The position numbers were made by a program, and so were the translations under genes. Of a stretch of DNA of 25,612 nt, positions 1 to 7,377 are shown piece after piece. Position 1 is the stretch's first letter; the number at the start of each line of letters is the position of its first letter. The notes under the pieces are model-generated. The model had not been told where the DNA came from and did no database searches. It saw only the letters and a program-made list of their open reading frames with translations. Location: positions 1-25,612 of the forward strand of contig JBBKWS010000163.1 of assembly GCA_037969075.1 (NCBI GenBank). Reading direction: 5' to 3'. This DNA is from Bdellovibrionales bacterium. Its GTDB lineage: Bacteria > Bdellovibrionota > Bdellovibrionia > Bdellovibrionales > UBA840.

Positions 1-453
1 CAAAAAAATCATATTAAGCCTGTATGGCAAGAGTCTGAAGATGTTGATGAGTTAAAAGAAAAGTTTTTGCAAAAGCTTCCTGCTAGAGGTGTAAAGGCAT
101 TTATCTTTTCTCAAAACACGAAACTGATTGGTTATATTCAGTATTACAGCGCACCTTCAATTGGCGGCGGGTGGTGGGAAAAAGAGCTTCCCGGTACTTA
201 TGGTATCGATCTTATGATTGGAGATGAAAAAAAAATGGATATGGGGATTGGTCATAATGTGATTAAAGAGTTTATTTCATTTATATGTAAAGTAGAGTCC
301 GATGTGAAGTCAGTAATCGTTGATCCATAACCATCGAATGTAAAGGCAATTCGAGCATTTGAAAAAGCTGGTTTTATACAAGAGGCCAAAATGGAAACAC
401 TAAACGGTACGGCTATTTTAATGCGTTTTAAAATTACCTCCCACCACCAGTGA
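1..453 (+). pseudogene. AAC(6')-Ib-like GNAT acetyltransferase, cut by the window edge at 5', with an in-frame premature stop (TAA 328-330)
   Basis: Frame is open from base 1 (QKNHIKPVW...). Motifs IGYIQYY, GGGWWE, GIDLMIG and GIG are present. After VIVDP* the same frame continues PSNVKAIRAFEKAGF...SHHQ* (TGA 451-453), the conserved DPxPxNxxAIRxxEKAGF C-terminal motif of AAC(6')-I-type GNATs. Confidence 0.85.
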
Positions 454-772
454 TACAGATACTGATAAGGCATTGACGACAGAGATTCGAAAAAGCTTAG
501 ACATGTTTCAGACCTATATAAAGCAGCGCAATCAATTCTTTGTAGAAATGAGCCGAAGTGCAGAAAAGCCAACAGCGATTGTAATTGGTGCACTTCATAT
601 TAAAGATTTAGAGTCAAAGTTGCCCAAAGGATCTTTTGAGGTCTATTCTACTAAAGGCCTTAGAGGTGATGAAGATAAACTGATTCAAGAGTTAGAGAAG
701 TTTTTGCAGGGGCTTTCCATCATCTTTAAGGATTTATTTACAAAGTCTGTCTTAACTGTAGCCCTCCATTAA
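422..772 (+). pseudogene. Start-less C-terminal gene fragment (RNxxF...IVIGALHxxDL motif, loosely TraB/GumN-like)
   Basis: Frame is open from 422 to TAA at 772 and overlaps the GNAT 3' end. The TTG at 473 has no ribosome-binding site. The sequence looks like the tail of a larger protein. Confidence 0.45.
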
Positions 773-815
773 ACAGCTTTGTACTCCTTATGATGGATTA
801 ACCAAAGGGGCAGAC

Positions 816-1331
816 ATGAAATATCTATTGATTACTTTTATTCTTTGTATGCAGTCGTTAGCTTACGCGCAAGAGCGAAAAGTATGCGACGCTTTAGAGC
901 TAGAGCGCGACGTGATCGAAGCGGAAAGAGACGGCGTCACTCCAGAAGGTTACTGCCGCTCGGGTGGAGGCTCAAATTGTAGTTTAGCAGATAATTACGG
1001 TGAGGCAGTTTGCCGCGTAAACCAAGGTTCTAATTGCAGTTTAGTTGATGAATTGGGTGAAGGTATTTGCCGTGCCATGAACGGCTCAAATTGTATTTTG
1101 GTGGATAATGTCGGCCAAGGAGTTTGTCGTGCTGCTGGCGGATCGAATTGTTCTTTGGTTGAAAACTACGGCGAAGGTATTTGCCGCGCCATGAACGGCT
1201 CAAATTGTATTTTGGTGGATAATGTTGGACAAGGTATCTGCCGAGGTCTAAGTGGTTCTAACTGTAGTCTTGTAGATACTCCTGAAGAAATTAGAGAGTG
1301 GCGTTTAGAACTTAGAAAATTTTGTCGTTAA
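816..1331 (+). CDS. Secreted cysteine-rich repeat protein (six 19-aa repeats)
   Basis: AAAGGGG RBS precedes the ATG. Signal peptide MKYLLITFILCMQSLAYA. Repeat consensus [EQ]G[IV]CRx3GSNC[SI]LV[DE]NxG. Confidence 0.85.
   Translation: MKYLLITFILCMQSLAYAQERKVCDALELERDVIEAERDGVTPEGYCRSGGGSNCSLADNYGEAVCRVNQGSNCSLVDELGEGICRAMNGSNCILVDNVGQGVCRAAGGSNCSLVENYGEGICRAMNGSNCILVDNVGQGICRGLSGSNCSLVDTPEEIREWRLELRKFCR
945..1286 (+). repeat. Intragenic tandem repeat, 6 x 57 bp
   Basis: Six 19-codon units. Units 3 (1059-1115) and 5 (1173-1229) encode identical peptides and match at 54/57 nt. Confidence 0.9.
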
Positions 1332-1332
1332 A

Positions 1333-1363
1333 AATAAAAGGCTGGGTGAACCGGCCTTTTATT
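1333..1363. terminator. Bidirectional intrinsic terminator
   Basis: AATAAAAGGCTGG-GTGAA-CCGGCCTTTTATT: 13-bp arms with one G-U pair and A/T tracts on both sides, between convergent transcription units. Confidence 0.8.
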
Positions 1364-1377
1364 GATTGCGAAGGTAA

Positions 1378-1466
1378 CTACTTCTTGCCAACTTTGCCGG
1401 TGTGGTTTTTCCAGTTGTAATCTGGGTTTTTGCCAAAACGATCTTTCCAATCGTCCCATTTTTTAT
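1378..1466 (-). repeat. Direct repeat copy 1: displaced 3' end of the 56-aa gene (att-like scar)
   Basis: 89 bp, 83/89 identical to 2529-2617. On the minus strand it encodes KKWDDWKDRFGKNPDYNWKNHTGKVGKK* with no start codon in that frame. Confidence 0.95.
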
Positions 1467-2464
1467 TTATAAGAGTAGATATCTTTTCCTATATAAGTTC
1501 CTTTCCACTCGTAGCACTTTTGTTTGCCAATGCAATCAGTAGAAATAGTTAGATACCCATTGGCTTTAAGCCACTCGCCAATAAAGGAATCTATATGGCC
1601 GTGCAATAACCAAAAGTAGCGATTTACATGGCTGGATATATTTGAGCCTAAATCATCACACCTAGAACTATTTAATTCATCATCACTATCCATTATTTCA
1701 GGACATTTTGGGGATACATAATCTTCCAATTCGGCATAGAAATCATGTAAATTTGTATGTATATCAGTAGAAATTTCTTCTCCCAATTGGTTTAATGTTA
1801 CACTCTTTAAGTGGTTTGAATTTTGATAGTGAATCGTTTTGTTACGAATTATATTTAGCTGATTTTTAGCGTATATCAAGCCATCCTCTGTCGGTTCTTG
1901 TGTGTAAGCTAGTAAAGGCCACTTGCTATCTTTAAAGTCGGGTATGGATTTATAGTCTATTAAGCACGGGTTGCCGTTTGCGGTTAATTCTACATTCACC
2001 ATCTCGATCATTCGACGATGCATAAATAAAAAACTTTCGCCTTTTACAGATGTTTCTTTTATTAAGAAGGCTTTAGTATCGGATTGTGGTATCCATTTTG
2101 TATTAACATATGGAGTGATGGATTGTTTTACATCCTCCGTATATCCTTCCTCTGAGAAACTGCTGAAAATTGCATTCATTTTGTGCCAGCCATCGTGCCA
2201 CTCTCTGTGTTTGCGGCTCGCTAACATTGGCCGTATAGAATTCATGGCTTCTTCTGTAATATTATCGCTGCAAGACCGGCAAACTTTAAACTCACTGCCT
2301 GAGGTATTACAAGTGACTATGGTTTTGCCGAAATTATTTGGGTGACTACTTTCCAAGTAGCTATTAAGCCAACCTAAATCAATGCTATAAATATTAAAAT
2401 TGCCGCAAAAACTATTTTGCGCAAAAACAAGATTCATAGAAATAAATATTAAGTTTATTAACAT
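1463..2464 (-). CDS. Secreted type-3 dicopper (tyrosinase-family, PvdP-like) protein
   Basis: N-terminal signal-like segment (MLINLIFISMNLVFA). CuA-type motifs HREWHDGWH and GESFLFMHRRMI. CuB-type motifs IHTNLH and LGSNISSHVNRYFWLLHGHID. Confidence 0.75.
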   Translation of the reverse strand: MLINLIFISMNLVFAQNSFCGNFNIYSIDLGWLNSYLESSHPNNFGKTIVTCNTSGSEFKVCRSCSDNITEEAMNSIRPMLASRKHREWHDGWHKMNAIFSSFSEEGYTEDVKQSITPYVNTKWIPQSDTKAFLIKETSVKGESFLFMHRRMIEMVNVELTANGNPCLIDYKSIPDFKDSKWPLLAYTQEPTEDGLIYAKNQLNIIRNKTIHYQNSNHLKSVTLNQLGEEISTDIHTNLHDFYAELEDYVSPKCPEIMDSDDELNSSRCDDLGSNISSHVNRYFWLLHGHIDSFIGEWLKANGYLTISTDCIGKQKCYEWKGTYIGKDIYSYK

Positions 2465-2528
2465 ATGATCTATTGATTATGGGAGTAAGTACTAAGGGTC
2501 TATATTATTAGGCAAATATGTAAATATT

Positions 2529-2617
2529 CTACTTCTTACCGACTTTTCCGGTGTGATTCTTCCAATTGTAATCTGGGTTTTTGCCAAAACGATCTTTCCA
2601 ATCGTCCCATTTTTTAT
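2529..2617 (-). repeat. Direct repeat copy 2: current 3' end of the 56-aa gene
   Basis: 2566-2617 is identical to 1415-1466 (52 bp). The remaining 37 bp carry 6 synonymous differences. Confidence 0.95.
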
Positions 2618-2699
2618 CGGTGTGATCGTGCTTAACAGTGCCACCTTTATCGAAGATGATCTTAGGCTTTTTTCCAAATAAAAAAGAGATGATGCCCAT
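2529..2699 (-). CDS. Small 56-aa hypothetical protein, absent from the ORF track
   Basis: MGIISFLFGKKPKIIFDKGGTVKHDHTDKKWDDWKDRFGKNPDYNWKNHTGKVGKK*. A GGAG RBS (2707-2710) overlaps the rdgB stop. Divergence from the duplicate copy is synonymous only in this frame. Confidence 0.9.
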   Translation of the reverse strand: MGIISFLFGKKPKIIFDKGGTVKHDHTDKKWDDWKDRFGKNPDYNWKNHTGKVGKK

Positions 2700-2709
2700 A
2701 TAGTAACTC

Positions 2710-3300
2710 CTATAGATTCTGTTTTAGCTTATCTTTAAATAAACGTAAAGCAAGGCCACGATGAGAAATTTTATTTTTTTCAGCAGATGTCATCTCTGCG
2801 AGTGTTTTAGTGCTGCCCTCTGGCATAAAAACAGGGTCATAGCCAAAGCCACCCATTCCAGATTGCTTAACAGCGATAGTGCCCTTTAATTGGCCCTCAA
2901 AGGTGAACTCTTCTCCGCTTGGAGAGTAGGCCACAAGTACACATTTAAACTGAGCGTTGCGATTTGTTGTGCGAATTTGTAGCATCTTTATAAGCTTCGC
3001 CACATTTTCTTTGTCAGTTGCTTTTGCCCCAGCATATCTAGCCGAGTGAACTCCAGGTAAATGATTTAAACCTTCGCATTCTAGGCCAGAATCATCTGCT
3101 AGTACCCAAGTGCCTGGACGCATTACATGGATGGGTTTTGCTTTAATCCTGGCATTTGCCACAAATGTCTCACCCACTTCTTCAGGTGAAGAATAGTGAG
3201 GAATATCATTTTGTGCTTTAATAGTTATAGGTAGATCAGCAAGCAATGTGCGAATTTCTTGTAGTTTTCCTGGGTTAGAGCTGGCGATCCAGAGTTCCAT
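2710..3300 (-). CDS. rdgB: Non-canonical purine NTP pyrophosphatase (HAM1 family)
   Basis: Motifs ASSNPGK, ADDSGL, PGVHSARYA, GFGYDPVF and KNKISHRG; lies downstream of rph. Confidence 0.97.
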   Translation of the reverse strand: MELWIASSNPGKLQEIRTLLADLPITIKAQNDIPHYSSPEEVGETFVANARIKAKPIHVMRPGTWVLADDSGLECEGLNHLPGVHSARYAGAKATDKENVAKLIKMLQIRTTNRNAQFKCVLVAYSPSGEEFTFEGQLKGTIAVKQSGMGGFGYDPVFMPEGSTKTLAEMTSAEKNKISHRGLALRLFKDKLKQNL

Positions 3301-3305
3301 AGATT

Positions 3306-4034
3306 TTAAACCTTTAGTGGGTAAAAATGTCCTATAATTTCACTTTGCTTTTGAAATAATACAGAGCAAGCATTGACTGCTAAGTCATACATTTCATCGA
3401 GCTCTTTTTTAGTAAACGGCTCAGCCTCTGCTGTGCCTTGTACTTCAATTAAACGTTTGTCGGATGTAGCAACGAAATTCATATCTGTTTCTATGGATAC
3501 ATCTTCTTCATAGCATAAATCTACTAAGCACTTACCCTCTTTAACACCAACGCTGACTGCGGACACATAGTTTGTAAGAGGAATTTCTTTTATTAAATTT
3601 TGTTGTTTCAATTGATTGAAAGCTAGTGCCATAGCTACAAAGCCACCGGTCACGGCAGCGGTTCTTGTGCCGCCATCGGCTTGCAGTACATCACAATCAA
3701 TAATAATTTGTTTTTCACCAAGTTTTTTTAAATCAGTAACAGCGCGCAAGCTACGGCTAATTAGTCTTGATATTTCTTGGCTTCTTCCAGAGTTTGTCGC
3801 TTTGTCTCTATGAATACGGGTGTGGGTAGATCTGGGTAGCATAGAGTACTCGGCAGTTACCCAACCTTTACCGCTTCCTTGTAACCACTTCGGTAATGAG
3901 TTTTCGACAGAGGCTGTACAAATAATTTTAGTTAATCCAAATGAAACTAAGACTGAACCTTCAGAGTGCAGCACGAAATTAGGTTCAAATGAAACGGGAC
4001 GGATTTCACTATAACTTCTTTTATCTATTCGCAT
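3306..4034 (-). CDS. rph: Ribonuclease PH
   Basis: Motifs [39 protein letters not shown] and IEVQGTAE. Confidence 0.97.
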   Translation of the reverse strand: MRIDKRSYSEIRPVSFEPNFVLHSEGSVLVSFGLTKIICTASVENSLPKWLQGSGKGWVTAEYSMLPRSTHTRIHRDKATNSGRSQEISRLISRSLRAVTDLKKLGEKQIIIDCDVLQADGGTRTAAVTGGFVAMALAFNQLKQQNLIKEIPLTNYVSAVSVGVKEGKCLVDLCYEEDVSIETDMNFVATSDKRLIEVQGTAEAEPFTKKELDEMYDLAVNACSVLFQKQSEIIGHFYPLKV

Positions 4035-4048
4035 ATACGCAATATATC

Positions 4049-4789
4049 TTAGATATTTAGTTTGTCTACGCTTTCTTTGTAACTGAGGATGGCTCTAAAG
4101 ATGGTTTCTGCAATTTTTTCTTGCTCAAGAGGGTTTTTAAGAATTTCAGCTTCTTTGCTGTTAGATAAAAAACCAATCTCAACAAGAAGAGATGGCATAT
4201 TTACACTAGATACAACGTAAAATGGGGCCTGTCTGATTCGTGCTTTTCCGCCGCGATCCTGAAGCCATTGATCCTTTAGTATTTGTGCGGCTTTGATCGA
4301 AGAGAATAAATAATGCGACTTTGATATATCATCTAATATTGTGGATATTTCCGCAGAGTATTTTTCGCGGTATTGACTAGGACGACCTTCGGGTTTTGCG
4401 GCGCCAGATTGAATTTGATTTTCTCTATAAGCTAAGAACAAAGAGTCTTGATCTGCAGGCAATATATTTTCTATGTAAATTTCAAGTCCCTTTGCTCTCT
4501 TTTCTGGAGAACTATTCGTATGAATACTAATAAAAAGATCACCCTTTTTTTGATGAGCAAATTTGGCCCGGCTAGATAAATCCATGCTCCGATCACCGCT
4601 GCGTGATAAACTTACTTCAATATCTTTTTTTGTTTGTAACTTTTTTGCCAAAAGAGAGCTTACCGACATAGTAATGTTTGATTCATTGGCGCCGTAATAA
4701 GAGGCTCCAGTGTCAATGCCTCCATGACCAGGGTCAATAATTACTTGATAACTAAAACTCAGTGAAAATATGAATACAAATAATGCCAT
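4049..4789 (-). CDS. N-acetylmuramoyl-L-alanine amidase (Amidase_3), catalytic domain only, with signal peptide
   Basis: Zn and catalytic motifs [19 protein letters not shown] and LVEIGFLSN; hydrophobic N-terminus. Confidence 0.92.
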   Translation of the reverse strand: MALFVFIFSLSFSYQVIIDPGHGGIDTGASYYGANESNITMSVSSLLAKKLQTKKDIEVSLSRSGDRSMDLSSRAKFAHQKKGDLFISIHTNSSPEKRAKGLEIYIENILPADQDSLFLAYRENQIQSGAAKPEGRPSQYREKYSAEISTILDDISKSHYLFSSIKAAQILKDQWLQDRGGKARIRQAPFYVVSSVNMPSLLVEIGFLSNSKEAEILKNPLEQEKIAETIFRAILSYKESVDKLNI

Positions 4790-4875
4790 AATTCATTGTC
4801 TGTAACTATATCCCCATCCAGCAAGGCTAGCTTCGATCTACTAGACAATCATCAAGACTACATATACAAGAAAGT

Positions 4876-5304
4876 ATGTCTGAGAGCTGGAAAGTGAGCA
4901 CAATTAACGACCTTGATCCTGTGATTAAGCATATGCAAAATACTTTGCAAATAGGCGATATTGTACTATTTCGAGGGCAAGTCGGAGCGGGAAAAACAAC
5001 GCTGATAAATAAGTTTGTAAATTCAATTGGTGGCAGCAATCCTAATTCACCTACGTTTGCTATCCACAATCAGTACGAGACCTCCTTTGCCAGGATACAT
5101 CATCTAGATTTATATCGTCTAACAGACGACGAAGATTTGTACTCAACAGGGCTTGAAGACTTTTTGGCAGATAAAAATGCTATTATATTTATTGAATGGG
5201 CAGAGCGACTGTCGCAAACGCAATTACCTCGCAATCGAAGAGTATTTAAGATACACATAGATGTAGAAGATCAGAATAGAAAAATTATTTGGAGTACATA
5301 TTAA
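4876..5304 (+). CDS. tsaE: tRNA threonylcarbamoyladenosine biosynthesis ATPase TsaE
   Basis: GAGKTT P-loop plus SPTF, HLDLYRL and IEWAE motifs. Confidence 0.95.
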   Translation: MSESWKVSTINDLDPVIKHMQNTLQIGDIVLFRGQVGAGKTTLINKFVNSIGGSNPNSPTFAIHNQYETSFARIHHLDLYRLTDDEDLYSTGLEDFLADKNAIIFIEWAERLSQTQLPRNRRVFKIHIDVEDQNRKIIWSTY

Positions 5305-6422
5305 TGCCAATATTTGTAGCCACTACGCAAAAAGGTTTAGGGACTGTTTTAGCAGAAGAAATAACTTCGCTTGGTGGAAAAGTAATTAAATCTAATGATA
5401 GACAAGTTAGATTCGAATCGAATTGGAAAACTTGTTACAAGATAAACATGGGCTGTTCTATTGCCTCAAGAATTTTATTAACTATTTTAGATTTTAATGT
5501 GTATAAACCTGATGATTTATATCATCACCTGCAACAACATGATTTTACAAAGTACATCAGACCCGACCAAACACTAAAGGTTTCGGCGAAAGTTACTAAC
5601 TCTCATGCGTTTCGCGATCAAAGGTTTTTGGCGCAAAAGACAAAGGATGCTATTGTTGATCAGTTTACGGATGCATATGGCGAGAGACCAAATGTTGATA
5701 ATGAAAACCCAACCCTTACTATTGTTGTACGAGTTGTAGATACAGTGGTGAATGTAAGTTTAGATACATCGGGAAATCCACTTTTTCAGAGGGGATACCG
5801 AAGAACCCAAGCTGACGCCTCGATGAAAGAAAGTTTAGCTAGTGGAATCGTAAGAGCAAGTAATTGGAAGCAAAATACAAATCTATATGACCCAATGTGC
5901 GGAGCAGGGACTATTTTAATTGAAGCTGCTAGGTGGGCTAAAAAAATGTACCCAGGTTTACACCGCAGATTTGCTTTTGAACATTGGAAGACGTTTCAAC
6001 ATGACGCTTACGAAGAGGTTTTTCAAGAGCTTAGGTCGCAAGAATGTTCTACCGATTTACGGTTTTATGGTTTTGATATTGACTCTAGGGTGATTGATAT
6101 TGCCCGCGATAATGCAAAGGCTGCAGGGGTAGATGATATTGTTGAGTTTAAGCAGCTTGCAGTTAAAGATTTTAAAGCATTCGAAGAAAAGGCAACGGTG
6201 ATTACAAACCCTCCTTACGGTGAACGCCTAGGCACAGTTGAAGAGTTAAAAGATTTTTATACCCAATTGGGGGAAGTGTTTTATCAACTTAAAAACTGGG
6301 ACCTATGGATATTATCTGGCAATAAAGAGCTTCCAGCAAAGATGAGATTAAAGGCACAACACAGATTGCCAGTCTGGAACAGTGAGATTGAGTGTAAATT
6401 TCTTCATTATCCCATTTATTAG
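5304..6422 (+). CDS. THUMP-domain RNA m2G methyltransferase (RlmL/YpsC-like)
   Basis: THUMP region and motifs SLDTSGNPLFQRGYR, DPMCGAGTILIEAA, GFDID and TNPPYGERLG. The likely start ATG overlaps the tsaE stop (TAATG). Confidence 0.9.
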   Translation: MPIFVATTQKGLGTVLAEEITSLGGKVIKSNDRQVRFESNWKTCYKINMGCSIASRILLTILDFNVYKPDDLYHHLQQHDFTKYIRPDQTLKVSAKVTNSHAFRDQRFLAQKTKDAIVDQFTDAYGERPNVDNENPTLTIVVRVVDTVVNVSLDTSGNPLFQRGYRRTQADASMKESLASGIVRASNWKQNTNLYDPMCGAGTILIEAARWAKKMYPGLHRRFAFEHWKTFQHDAYEEVFQELRSQECSTDLRFYGFDIDSRVIDIARDNAKAAGVDDIVEFKQLAVKDFKAFEEKATVITNPPYGERLGTVEELKDFYTQLGEVFYQLKNWDLWILSGNKELPAKMRLKAQHRLPVWNSEIECKFLHYPIY

Positions 6423-6493
6423 GCATGTAGGATGTGGTGCGTATAGCATTTGAAAATAGTACAAATTATATTGCAGCCTTATTAGGGGTGCTA

Positions 6494-6991
6494 ATGGCAA
6501 AAGTAAAATCAGCAAAAAAGGTAAAAAAACAAGTGGCAACAAAAGCAAAAGTTTCTAAGTCAGCCAAGTCTACTAAAGTAAGTAAAGTAACAAAAGCTAC
6601 AAAATCTGCAAAGCCAGTAGAAAAGAAGATGGCAAAGGTTAAGTCTGCAGCTAAGGTTGAAGTGTCTAAGGTAGCACTTAAAAAAGAAGCGACTAAAAAG
6701 AAGGCTGTAAGTTCTAAGCCAGAAGAGATTTTAGATCCTGGTTTACTAAGTAAACAACAAGTTAAGAGTTTGGATAAACTGATTCAAAAAAATGCCGAAT
6801 GGGAGATGATTTCTGGTGTTTTAGAGCAAAATGCTATTCCTTATAAAATGCAAAATGCTTATCAAGATAAAATGGCGATTAAGCATCCTGTATTAGGTCT
6901 GGGGTATGTAACTCTAGCTGAAAATCATAAGATGACGGTTTTATTTCAAGACGGGAATCGTAACTTAATTATGAATTATAAGTCGAATTAA
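6494..6991 (+). CDS. Hypothetical protein with a Lys/Ala-rich N-terminus and a small C-terminal beta-domain
   Basis: AGGGGTG RBS precedes ATG 6494. Histone-H1-like low-complexity half. C-terminal HPVLGLGYV...KMTVLFQDGNRNLIMNY. Confidence 0.8.
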   Translation: MAKVKSAKKVKKQVATKAKVSKSAKSTKVSKVTKATKSAKPVEKKMAKVKSAAKVEVSKVALKKEATKKKAVSSKPEEILDPGLLSKQQVKSLDKLIQKNAEWEMISGVLEQNAIPYKMQNAYQDKMAIKHPVLGLGYVTLAENHKMTVLFQDGNRNLIMNYKSN

Positions 6992-7002
6992 GGCATACAA
7001 AC

Positions 7003-7025
7003 AAAAAAAGCGCATTTAATGCGCT
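7003..7025 (-). terminator. Intrinsic terminator downstream of infA
   Basis: AGCGCATT-T-AATGCGCT inverted repeat, preceded by A7 on the + strand (a U-tract on the minus strand). Confidence 0.7.
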
Positions 7026-7057
7026 AAACTTTAATTTATAATTTAATACGGATTAGA

Positions 7058-7276
7058 CTACTTGTGGCGGTACATTATAAGACCATGAGTAGGATCATAA
7101 GGTGAGACGCCTACAGTCACTTTATCCCCAACTACCACACGAATATTAAAACGACGCATTTTTCCGCATAGTTTGGCTTGGATGACAACTTTATTCTCTA
7201 GCTCTACTTTATAGAGCCCACCAGCCGCAGCATCAACCACGAAACCATCTAAATTTGCTAAATCATCTCTCGACAT
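7058..7276 (-). CDS. infA: Translation initiation factor IF-1
   Basis: 72 aa with KVELEN, GKMRRFNIRVVVGDKVTV and SPYD motifs. Confidence 0.95.
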   Translation of the reverse strand: MSRDDLANLDGFVVDAAAGGLYKVELENKVVIQAKLCGKMRRFNIRVVVGDKVTVGVSPYDPTHGLIMYRHK

Positions 7277-7377
7277 GGATCGAAACTATGTCAAAGGGGG
7301 AACAAAGTAAACTTAAAAATAAGCCTATGTAGCGAAAAATATTGTCATTGCCTCTAGGCAGTTGTAATTTTTGTGTT

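Noticed and set aside
328..330. Stop-codon reassignment or readthrough at the GNAT TAA
   Set aside because: TAA terminates many intact genes in this window, so a nonsense mutation or sequencing error is the simpler explanation.
945..1286. 57-bp periodicity read as a CRISPR or non-coding array
   Set aside because: These are in-frame coding repeats with no repeat-spacer structure.
689..1331. Weak similarity between ELEKFLQ (about 689-709) and ELRKFCR (about 1308-1328) as another flanking repeat
   Set aside because: The match is too short, AT-rich and gapped to distinguish from chance.
1378..2617. Direct repeats read as a CRISPR array or integron attC sites
   Set aside because: There are only two copies, 1151 bp apart, and they are protein-coding. 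I saw no attC-like palindromic structure and no cas or intI genes in the window.
2492..2677. 61-aa minus-strand ORF in the track
   Set aside because: It is an alternative frame over the real 56-aa gene. It has a TTG start without an RBS, and the repeat differences are synonymous only in the 2529-2699 frame.
4049..5304. Divergent amidase/tsaE arrangement as a novel system
   Set aside because: tsaE-amidase adjacency is common in bacteria, and orientation alone is not informative.
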